From positions 3,095 to 67,094 of the forward strand of contig DASPUC010000034.1 in NCBI GenBank assembly GCA_035623075.1: a DNA stretch of 64,000 bases, read 5' to 3'. Shown here piece by piece: positions 51,420 through 58,188 of this stretch; within the stretch, counting starts at the first letter, position 1; each line of letters begins with the position of its first letter. The position numbers and the translations under genes were made by a program. The notes under the pieces were generated by a model. That model ran no database searches. It saw only the letters and a list, made by a program, of their open reading frames with translations, and was not told the origin of the DNA. Origin of the DNA: Nitrospiraceae bacterium. GTDB lineage: Bacteria; Nitrospirota; Nitrospiria; Nitrospirales; Nitrospiraceae.

Positions 51420-51630
51420 TCGCGCCGCGGCATGGGTCGAGAGGCAATTGACACTGGCCGTGTATACCGCCATTGTGGGCCTCGTCTGCGTGTTGCTGTT
51501 TCTTTGGTACGGGTTCGGCGCGTGGACGATGGGGTTGGGGACCTTCATCGGCATCCCTCTGCTTGGGCTCGCGGGCCTGCTGTACCTCAGCGCCGTCGCC
51601 GCCGACCTGAAACGGCGGCGTGCCTTCTAA
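51397..51630 (+). CDS. Small two-TM membrane protein (77 aa)
   Basis: GGGAGG RBS 5 nt upstream and two hydrophobic helices. Overlaps the cytochrome gene's end by 23 nt. Confidence 0.5.
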   Translation: METTNVPDRAAAWVERQLTLAVYTAIVGLVCVLLFLWYGFGAWTMGLGTFIGIPLLGLAGLLYLSAVAADLKRRRAF

Positions 51631-51781
51631 TGACGTATCTGTCTTCGCTAGATCTTGAGCGCATGGGGCGAGCGCAGAAGCAATCAATCGATGAAAGAAA
51701 CGGTGCCATCATGAAGTGCTGAGCAAGATATTGGGCACAATGAAGGAGGCATGTAGCTACGCTTCCGGGAGGGAACAATCA

Positions 51782-52342
51782 ATGAGATATGACACGCTCA
51801 TCATCTTACTTCTTTCTCTAATAGTAGGTCTCTCGCTTCAACCGTCGATGGCATGGGCAGGAAAGTCGGCTGAGGCGGCCGAGATCGACCGTGAGGCGGA
51901 TGCGGCCCTCAAGAAATTGCTGGCGGATACGCCGGAAGCGGAGACGTTTCGAGAGGATGCCAAGGGCATCCTCATCTTTCCGAGTATCACGAAGGGTGGC
52001 TTTATTGTTGGGGCTCACTATGGGAAAGGTGCCCTCAAAAAAAATGGGGCAACGGTCGGGTATTACAGTACCACGGCTGCATCCTACGGTCTGCAGGCCG
52101 GCGTGCAATCGTTCGGCTACGTCCTGTTCTTCATGAACGACAAGGCGTTGGAGTATCTAGACAATAGCTCGGGGTGGGAGGTCGGGGTCGGTCCCAGTAT
52201 CGTGGTCGTGGATAAAGGCGCGGGGAAGAGCGTGACGACAACGACAGGACGGAGCGATGTCTATGCCTTCATCTTCAGCCAGCAGGGGCTGATGGCGGGC
52301 TTGGGGTTGCAGGGCTCAAAGATCACCAAAATTGAGCCGTAG
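51782..52342 (+). CDS. SYLF (DUF500/Ysc84-like) domain protein, secreted
   Basis: Signal peptide MRYDTLIILLLSLIVGLSLQPSMAWA. GILIFPSITKGGFIVGAHYGKGAL and ..SYGLQAGVQSFGYVLFFMND.. are SYLF-like. Confidence 0.65.
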   Translation: MRYDTLIILLLSLIVGLSLQPSMAWAGKSAEAAEIDREADAALKKLLADTPEAETFREDAKGILIFPSITKGGFIVGAHYGKGALKKNGATVGYYSTTAASYGLQAGVQSFGYVLFFMNDKALEYLDNSSGWEVGVGPSIVVVDKGAGKSVTTTTGRSDVYAFIFSQQGLMAGLGLQGSKITKIEP

Positions 52343-52419
52343 ATCGCGGCGACCCACCAAGGGTACTGGCAGACGTGTAGGGCAACAGTCGTGAATGAAC
52401 TGAGAAAGGAGAAGGGATA

Positions 52420-52899
52420 ATGAGGGTGCTGCAGATTAGCGTGCTGATGTTTTCGGTTCTGCTTCTCGGTCCCGTTCAGGCCCAAGAAGCGAATCAAATG
52501 AACATGGAGATTCTGAAAGAGAAAATCAAAGCCGACAAAAAGCTGATCATCGCCAACAATATGACGCTCACCGATGCGGAAGCGAAGAACTTCTGGCCGC
52601 TCTACGATGCGTATCAGAAGGAATTGGAGCAGATCAATCAGCGGATGATCACCACGATCAAGAGCTATGCCGATGCCTACAATGCCGGGAAGGGTGAGAT
52701 TTCCAATGACACCGCCAAAAAGTTGCTGGCTGACGCCTTGGCGGTCGATGAATCCGAAGTGAAGCTGCGGCAATCGTATGCGGCGAAAATGGGGAAGGTC
52801 CTTCCTGCGACGAAAGTCGCCCGCTATATCCAGCTTGAAAACAAGATCCGGGCGGTCGTGAAGTTCGAGCTGGCCGCGCTGATTCCCTTGGCGAGTTGA
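52420..52899 (+). CDS. Periplasmic helical protein (Spy/CpxP-like impression)
   Basis: Signal peptide ..LLLGPVQAQEA and a Lys/Glu-rich helical sequence. AAGGAGAAGGG RBS. Confidence 0.5.
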   Translation: MRVLQISVLMFSVLLLGPVQAQEANQMNMEILKEKIKADKKLIIANNMTLTDAEAKNFWPLYDAYQKELEQINQRMITTIKSYADAYNAGKGEISNDTAKKLLADALAVDESEVKLRQSYAAKMGKVLPATKVARYIQLENKIRAVVKFELAALIPLAS

Positions 52900-53035
52900 G
52901 GCATGCGACTATGTCAGCGTGCTGGTAAAAGCCTGTGATCGACAAAAACGATCAGCCAGCCGGCGCATCAAAAGGTTGTCAGCATGCGACTGCTATTCTC
53001 TGGATTCCATTGGGGATCAGAAACAGCACGCGTAA

Positions 53036-53060
53036 GGGTCAAAAACAACTATTTTTGACC
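53036..53060. terminator. AT-rich palindromic hairpin between convergent genes (possible bidirectional terminator)
   Basis: GGTCAAAAA-caacta-TTTTTGACC, a 9-bp perfect stem, lying between the 52899 (+) and 53278 (-) gene ends. Confidence 0.4.
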
Positions 53061-53277
53061 TGAACCCTTGTGTAGCGAAAGAACCTGTTCTTCAGTCAGT
53101 GCTTGGCCCTTTATTCTCGGTGTCCTCAGTTATTTTCAATTCAAGGAGTATGTTGCAGCCTTCTAAGGTGAACTATAGGTTGCCGCAACCGGCCAAGCTC
53201 AACAGCGTGCTCATCATTGGAAAGCGGTGAAGAATCGAGGATCGCAAAACACCCAAGCGATCCTTATATCGGCACAC

Positions 53278-53559
53278 CTAGTTAGATGTTTTGAAGGGGG
53301 CCCACCCCCAGCCATCGTGCTTATAGCCCTTCTTCTCCATGCACGCCACGTAGGCATCTGTGTCAGTTACAGGAACCTCGTAGGAAGTTCCTGCAACCAT
53401 TCCTGGGACGACCCCCTCATGCTGGGCGATGCTTAAACACTCGCGCTGATCGACGGACCAGTCTGCTTCACTTGTCCCTTGGGGAACGATGAATGAGTGG
53501 GAAGTGATGCTACACCCTGCGAGTACAGGAAGTGCGAGCGCAAGAACAGTGCTACGCAT
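53278..53559 (-). CDS. Small lipoprotein
   Basis: MRSTVLALALPVLAGCS lipobox. AGGAGG RBS before the ATG at 53559. Confidence 0.6.
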   Translation of the reverse strand: MRSTVLALALPVLAGCSITSHSFIVPQGTSEADWSVDQRECLSIAQHEGVVPGMVAGTSYEVPVTDTDAYVACMEKKGYKHDGWGWAPFKTSN

Positions 53560-53601
53560 CAGAGCCTCCTTCAGCTTTTGTTGATCTCGCACGACAACCA
53601 C

Positions 53602-54594
53602 TTAGCCCCCCTCTTTTGGGAGCCCTTTGAAGAGGCGCTCGGGAATCAACGGCGTGCGGAACACCCAGCGTATGCCGGCCTGCACCGTCCAGTCGAGACC
53701 CAGTGGCGTATTATCCCCCGTGATTCCCACACCGGGCCCAGCAAACACGTTCCAATGATTATCAAACCGGTAGCCGATTTGGCCCACCACGTTCGACGCG
53801 GTCGGTCGGTGGGTATTCCAATCGTTGTTCCAGGTTCCCTGGACCGAAGTCCACCAATGATCGGACCAGATGGTGTTGATGGTCCCCTGGACCTGCAAAA
53901 AGTGGAGGTCGGTGCGGGAGGGATCGCCGCCGACGGAGCTGTAGTCCTGGACCAGGAGATAGAACATGGAGCGCACTCGGGCCAGCGGGGCGGCCAGCAC
54001 CCCGCCCGGTCCGAGAGTATACTTGCCCGTGCCGAGTCGGTCCGGCGAGGCCGTTGGAAACAACACGTCTGTCCCGAGGAACACTGCCACGTACTCACTG
54101 GCATACACCCGCCCACCCACGCGAACCACCGTATCGCTAAGGCCGTTCGTCGGGAATCCCTGCCGCTGCTGATCGGCCCATACATAGGGCACCGTGGCCT
54201 GGACGCCAAAGTTGGGTGTGACCGGAAGGCGGATGACAGCCGTCGCGGTGTCCAGACGCTGCCCGAGGGTGAACTGACTGTGCCCGTAGGTGAGTTGATA
54301 GTAGCCGATGATGGCGGTCGGGTCTGTGCCGAAGGCCGAGGCAGCCTCCGAGAGGCGCTTTCGTTCTGCCGTAAGGCGGGCGCGCTCCTCTGGCGTAGCG
54401 CCCTGCAGGCCCGAGAACAGCCGTCGGTCCTCCGGCGGTGGCGGCTCCTCCGGTGGTTCGACGGCTGCCTCGTCAATATGTCCACCAGATGTCTCGGCCG
54501 CGATTGAAACTGAGCCTATTCCGGAATCAAAGATTCCAAAGAGACCGAGGACGATAAGGAGTATCAGACTCGTTGACGGGCCGGGAGTGTTCAA
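53602..54594 (-). CDS. Outer-membrane beta-barrel protein (MetA/phenol-pathway-like transporter impression)
   Basis: Signal-like LILLIVLGLFGIF, then alternating beta-strand pattern rich in Y/W/G/T. The start is uncertain: TTG at 54594 gives a clean signal peptide, and the ORF opens at 54684. Confidence 0.55.
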   Translation of the reverse strand: MNTPGPSTSLILLIVLGLFGIFDSGIGSVSIAAETSGGHIDEAAVEPPEEPPPPEDRRLFSGLQGATPEERARLTAERKRLSEAASAFGTDPTAIIGYYQLTYGHSQFTLGQRLDTATAVIRLPVTPNFGVQATVPYVWADQQRQGFPTNGLSDTVVRVGGRVYASEYVAVFLGTDVLFPTASPDRLGTGKYTLGPGGVLAAPLARVRSMFYLLVQDYSSVGGDPSRTDLHFLQVQGTINTIWSDHWWTSVQGTWNNDWNTHRPTASNVVGQIGYRFDNHWNVFAGPGVGITGDNTPLGLDWTVQAGIRWVFRTPLIPERLFKGLPKEGG

Positions 54595-55101
54595 CCAGCT
54601 TCCATGTGAGTCATTAACATTTGTTTTTGACCCTTGTCGCTTGAAGCAAGATCCCCTGTGAATTTCGACACCATCGGTCTTCAATTTCGGCGGGGCTTTT
54701 GACCCGGTTCCTCACCAGATTGGACTTCTATTCGTTTCGTGACCTGTCACCGATTTCGGATGCGTAAGCTAGCACTGTGGGTAACGCTGAGTAAACCCGC
54801 GTAAAGCGCGTAAGCTAGCTTGTCCCTATCTCGCACAGTGCGGTGCGCGAACACCGAAGCATTTCGTCCGTGAGAACCCGTTCGGATTTTTGGAAAAACA
54901 AACCGGGCAAGCTTACCCCGATCGGCTCGGACTGGAATCGGACCGCTGGACCAGACGATGGCCGAGTGACAGCTAGGCAGAGTTGGTAACTACTCGCGCC
55001 GTTTATTCGTTAAGGCAGCCACCGCTGCGGGTCTGCCTGCACAGATACCGTCGTGCTCCTCTCGCGTTGGGCCCTTCCTCTGCACTCCCCTCTCGGTTGC
55101 C

Positions 55102-55141
55102 AAAACCCGACACGAGTGTGGGCCGGTCATGTCGGGTTTTT
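55102..55141 (+). terminator. Rho-independent terminator-like hairpin with T-run
   Basis: AAAACCCGACA-(17 nt)-TGTCGGGTTTTT. There is no convincing ORF upstream on the plus strand. Confidence 0.5.
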
Positions 55142-55229
55142 GATTGTTGCATAGCACAGCCTATATACCCCAATCAGAACCAACAGTGCTTATGCGGGCT
55201 GCGTGGACTAGCCACACCCAGAGGCCAGC

Positions 55230-55538
55230 ATGTTGTGGACTGTGAAAGACCTCGCACACAGGTTGAACATCAAACCCTCGACGGTCTACTCGTGGGCGAC
55301 GCACGGACGGATTCCCTGTCTCAAGATTCATGGCGCGCTCCGGTTCCGTCGTGAGGAGATCGAGCGCTGGCTGGAGTCGCTCCGAGTGCAGCAGCCACTC
55401 ACCGCACCAAGCGACCCTCACACAGCGCTCGATGTCCTCATTGCTCGGACGAAACAGCACGCCTATACTCCTCCTCCACGGGGAAGCCAGACCAGATCAA
55501 GCCTCATCAGGAAGGAGGAAACGGATGGGGCTCTATAA
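55230..55538 (+). CDS. Excisionase/AlpA-type helix-turn-helix DNA-binding protein
   Basis: LWTVKDLAHRLNIKPSTVYSWATHGRIPCLKIHGALRFRREEIERWL is a classic excisionase-family HTH. Immediately upstream of int, overlapping it by 14 nt. Confidence 0.75.
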   Translation: MLWTVKDLAHRLNIKPSTVYSWATHGRIPCLKIHGALRFRREEIERWLESLRVQQPLTAPSDPHTALDVLIARTKQHAYTPPPRGSQTRSSLIRKEETDGAL

Positions 55539-56601
55539 GCGACACCGTGTTTGGTGGATGAGTTTCACATACAACGGAGAACAGATTCGCCGTTCGACCG
55601 GCACAACCAATAAGCGATTAGCTGAGGCAATCTGCTCAAAAGTCAGAGTCAAGATCATTGAAGGCCAATACTTCGACCGAGGGGAAGAGCAGGATCGGAC
55701 CGTCGGAGAAATGATGGAGCGGTATTTTCGAGAGCGGGTTGCTGGTGGGAATCGTCATAGTGAGCGGCGAGCCCGCTCCATTCTTACCAACTTGCGCTCG
55801 GTGTTCGGCTCAAAAACACTCGCTGCGGTCACGCCGAAAGAAATTGCCACGTATAAGGCAAACCGTCACCAGCAAGGGGCCAAACCGGCAACGATCGCCA
55901 AAGAACTGGGGCTCATGAAGGCGGCCTACAACGTGGCTATTCGGGAATGGGAATGGTGCCGAGAGAATCCGGTCTGCCGGGTGATGTTTGGACGAATTCG
56001 GAATGCTCGCGTCCGGTATCTCGACGACGGGACGTTTGAACGGGTCGTCAAGGCATGTCCGGCCTGGCTCCAGCCCATCGTCCTGATCGCGCGCTACACC
56101 GGCATGCGGCGGGAGAACGTCGTGATGCTTCAGTGGTCGCAGGTGGATTTACACCGGAAGTTGATTGTCCTTGAGTCCACCAAAAATGGCGATCGGCTCG
56201 GGGTGCCCCTGTGTGATCCTGTGATGACCATCTTGCAAAAGTTAAGGGGCACGAGATTGAACCCCTTCGGACCTGTGTTCACTCGGCTGGATGGAGAACC
56301 CCTGACAGGTGATGCCGTGGGGATCGCCTTCGGGCGAGTCTGTCGTCGGATTGGGATTGAGGATTTCCGCTTTCACGATCTACGACACACGTTTGCGTCG
56401 AGCTTGGTGCAGCAAGGTGTGGATCTGTACCATGTACAGCGACTGTTAGGGCACCGAGATGGTCGGATGACCCAACGTTACGCGCATCTGGCACCTGAAA
56501 ATCTGCGTGACGCGATCCAGGTGTTCAATCGCGGTAATCACAAAATTAGCACACAGGCAGCGGACCGCTCTGAGAGCATGGCACTAAGTCCTTGGAAATA
56601 A
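55525..56601 (+). CDS. int: Tyrosine recombinase (phage-type integrase)
   Basis: GGAGGAA RBS. The C-terminal catalytic region FHDLRHTFASSLVQQGVDLYHVQRLLGHRDGRMTQRYAHL has the R..HxxR..H..Y pattern. The ORF opens at 55330, but the ATG at 55525 has the RBS. Confidence 0.88.
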   Translation: MGLYKRHRVWWMSFTYNGEQIRRSTGTTNKRLAEAICSKVRVKIIEGQYFDRGEEQDRTVGEMMERYFRERVAGGNRHSERRARSILTNLRSVFGSKTLAAVTPKEIATYKANRHQQGAKPATIAKELGLMKAAYNVAIREWEWCRENPVCRVMFGRIRNARVRYLDDGTFERVVKACPAWLQPIVLIARYTGMRRENVVMLQWSQVDLHRKLIVLESTKNGDRLGVPLCDPVMTILQKLRGTRLNPFGPVFTRLDGEPLTGDAVGIAFGRVCRRIGIEDFRFHDLRHTFASSLVQQGVDLYHVQRLLGHRDGRMTQRYAHLAPENLRDAIQVFNRGNHKISTQAADRSESMALSPWK

Positions 56602-56634
56602 GTGGTGGTCCCAACGGGATTCGAACCCGTGTTT
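56602..56634 (-). repeat. Right att-type direct repeat (identical 33 bp)
   Basis: Identical to 44102-44134. The flanking sequence on the right is not tRNA-like. Confidence 0.85.
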
Positions 56635-56783
56635 TAATTCGACTGCGACTTCGCCATTTATTTACGCGAGCTTCGATTATTTTCTTCCAGTCAGAATGGG
56701 GTATGACTAAAACATGGGGCTGAATTTAGGATTATGTGTAGGTATTAGGTTGGCGCTGATAGCATCGCTTCCGAAATGGCAGT

Positions 56784-57695
56784 TCAATGGAAAGTTCGCT
56801 TTGCTAGCAACCCCATGAGTCTGGTGTGGAGGGCAACCAGATCATGTATAACTGTGACCTTGCTATTGAGCAAGAGATGCTCGATAGCAAGTGCGCCTTG
56901 TCCGCCAATCGCAACAGCCCAGCGCATCGATAGAGATTCGAGTTCTTGGAGAAGTTGTCGTACCACTGCGTCCGACTTCACCTCAGTCAGAGACAGAAGA
57001 ACCAGATCAGGTTCGACACGCTCACAGAATGTCTGAAGATCGGAAATGGGAAGGTTCGGTCCGAGATAATAGACATGGCAACCCCGCGTGGCGGCGATAT
57101 ATGCCACAGCCTGTGCACCAATCTCATGGGGCTCACCTTCCGGACATGCAACCAGAACACGCGGCCCGAATTCGTTTACTGGAAGTTGGTTCGTGACTGA
57201 AAATAACTTCTGCTGAACGAGTTTTGTCACATAGTGTTCCACCGCAATACTCACTCGTCCTTCGTGCCATAGCTCTCCAACACGGCGTTGCAGCGGAAGC
57301 AGGATTCTCTGCAGCGCCTCTTCAAACGGGATGACCGCTACTGCCCCATTGAGCTTCCTTTCGAAGCGGGTTTTATCGAGCGGATCGAGGAGCTTAACCA
57401 GTTCGTCGAGGAGACTCGCGTGCGGCTGCAGTTCTTGCGTGGTGGGAATCCCGCTGGTCCGCATTCGTTGGAGTAACGAATCGCGCCCCTCTAATGCGAG
57501 CGCGCCGATCGTCTGGCCGCGATCCAGTTCCTCTTTCAGGAATCGAAGGAGCGTCACATCTTGGTCCGTGTATTCTCTATAGCGGTTTGCGCTGCGCAAA
57601 GGTTTGACTAGTTCATACCGCCTCTCCCAGACCCTTATCACATCCTTCGAGAGACCTGTTAGCTTCGCAACTATATGAATTCTATAAGTATTCAT
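56784..57695 (-). CDS. carH: MerR-family regulator with B12-binding domain, CarH/LitR-type light sensor
   Basis: MerR HTH (IVAKLTGLSKDVIRVWERRYELVKP). W-x9-EH motif (WHEGRVSIAVEH). Cobalamin His-on motif E-x-H-x-x-G (GEPHEIGA), followed by a Rossmann-like B12 domain. Confidence 0.8.
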   Translation of the reverse strand: MNTYRIHIVAKLTGLSKDVIRVWERRYELVKPLRSANRYREYTDQDVTLLRFLKEELDRGQTIGALALEGRDSLLQRMRTSGIPTTQELQPHASLLDELVKLLDPLDKTRFERKLNGAVAVIPFEEALQRILLPLQRRVGELWHEGRVSIAVEHYVTKLVQQKLFSVTNQLPVNEFGPRVLVACPEGEPHEIGAQAVAYIAATRGCHVYYLGPNLPISDLQTFCERVEPDLVLLSLTEVKSDAVVRQLLQELESLSMRWAVAIGGQGALAIEHLLLNSKVTVIHDLVALHTRLMGLLAKRTFH

Positions 57696-57707
57696 GACTT
57701 ATTGTTC

Positions 57708-57736
57708 ATAATATTCTTGCGTCCAGTGTTTGTCAA
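57708..57736 (-). promoter_or_regulatory. Sigma70-like promoter for the carH-like gene (near-leaderless)
   Basis: The minus strand reads TTGACA-17 nt-TATTAT. The -10 box ends 12 nt before the ATG at 57695. Confidence 0.5.
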
Positions 57737-57755
57737 ATATTTTAAATTACAACAC

Positions 57756-57784
57756 TTGACACATTGGACAACATGGGTTATACA
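57756..57784 (+). promoter_or_regulatory. Sigma70-like promoter for the plus-strand operon
   Basis: TTGACA (57756-57761), 17 nt spacer, TATACA (57779-57784). Confidence 0.5.
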
Positions 57785-57814
57785 TTAGACATACATTGAA
57801 CATACATTAAACAT
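57782..57814 (+). promoter_or_regulatory. Three tandem 11-bp direct repeats (candidate CarH operator)
   Basis: ACATTAGACAT / ACATTGAACAT / ACATTAAACAT are exactly contiguous. A fourth related copy, ACATTGGACAA, lies at 57761-57771 next to the -35 box. Confidence 0.6.
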
Positions 57815-57833
57815 CAAATATGCGGAGGTGATC

Positions 57834-58130
57834 ATGGCAACAGCGGCGGAGAAAAGAGAATCGGCGGCGGAACTCACGATGCAGGGCTTCTCCAGCAAAG
57901 GCATCCAAGGCGGACGGTGCCATCAGTGCGGAGGACTCATGGTCGGCGAGTTCTGCATGGACTTACTAAACGGCAGTGGGGAACTCGAGTTCCTCGCCTC
58001 ACGATGCGTCCAGTGCGGGGAGGTCGTCGATCCAGTGATTCTGATGAACCGGAGGCTGCAGCGGAGCGCAGCTGCGGCACAGCCAGGCGAGGTGCTTTCG
58101 CAGTCAGTCGGATCTCAGGTGGCAGCGTAG
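57834..58130 (+). CDS. Small zinc-ribbon protein
   Basis: CHQC..(29)..CVQC. GGAGG RBS before the ATG at 57834; the ORF opens at a GTG at 57828. Confidence 0.5.
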   Translation: MATAAEKRESAAELTMQGFSSKGIQGGRCHQCGGLMVGEFCMDLLNGSGELEFLASRCVQCGEVVDPVILMNRRLQRSAAAAQPGEVLSQSVGSQVAA

Positions 58131-58188
58131 CGATGCGCTCAACCGACCAGGATGGTCCTGGTCTTTCTCAACACTAAGGAGGTTTCTC

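Larger units (their letters stand above)
44102..56634. mobile_element. Integrated genomic island (~12.5 kb) bounded by 33-bp direct repeats, with excisionase and tyrosine integrase at the right end
   Basis: A perfect 33-bp repeat, GTGGTGGTCCCAACGGGATTCGAACCCGTGTTT, occurs at 44102-44134 and 56602-56634. The int stop codon abuts the right copy. Intergenic stretches inside are AT-rich. Confidence 0.8.

Noticed and set aside
53150-53230. 26-aa ORF preceded by a perfect AAGGAG in the 52900-53277 spacer.
   Set aside because: The SD-to-ATG spacing is only 1 nt and the peptide has no features. Probably fortuitous.
53497-54507. 336-aa plus-strand ORF, and a 279-aa alternative minus-frame ORF (53646-54485), over the OM-barrel gene.
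   Set aside because: Both are Arg/Pro/Ser-rich. The 53602-54594 frame shows a signal peptide and an alternating beta-strand pattern.
54983-55354. 123-aa plus-strand ORF upstream of and overlapping xis.
   Set aside because: It runs straight through the terminator hairpin at 55102-55141 and overlaps xis out of frame. It has a Pro/Arg/Leu-rich composition.
56602-56680. Intact tRNA or tmRNA 3' end at the right island border.
   Set aside because: The sequence beyond the 33-bp repeat has no tRNA features. The acceptor end ..GGGACC-A-CCA lacks the G3:U70-compatible ..UCC-A-CCA expected of tmRNA.
57761-57814. Tandem repeats as a possible mini-CRISPR or satellite.
   Set aside because: The units are 11 bp, contiguous, without spacers, and sit on a promoter. 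An operator interpretation fits better. No CRISPR-like array was seen anywhere in the window.
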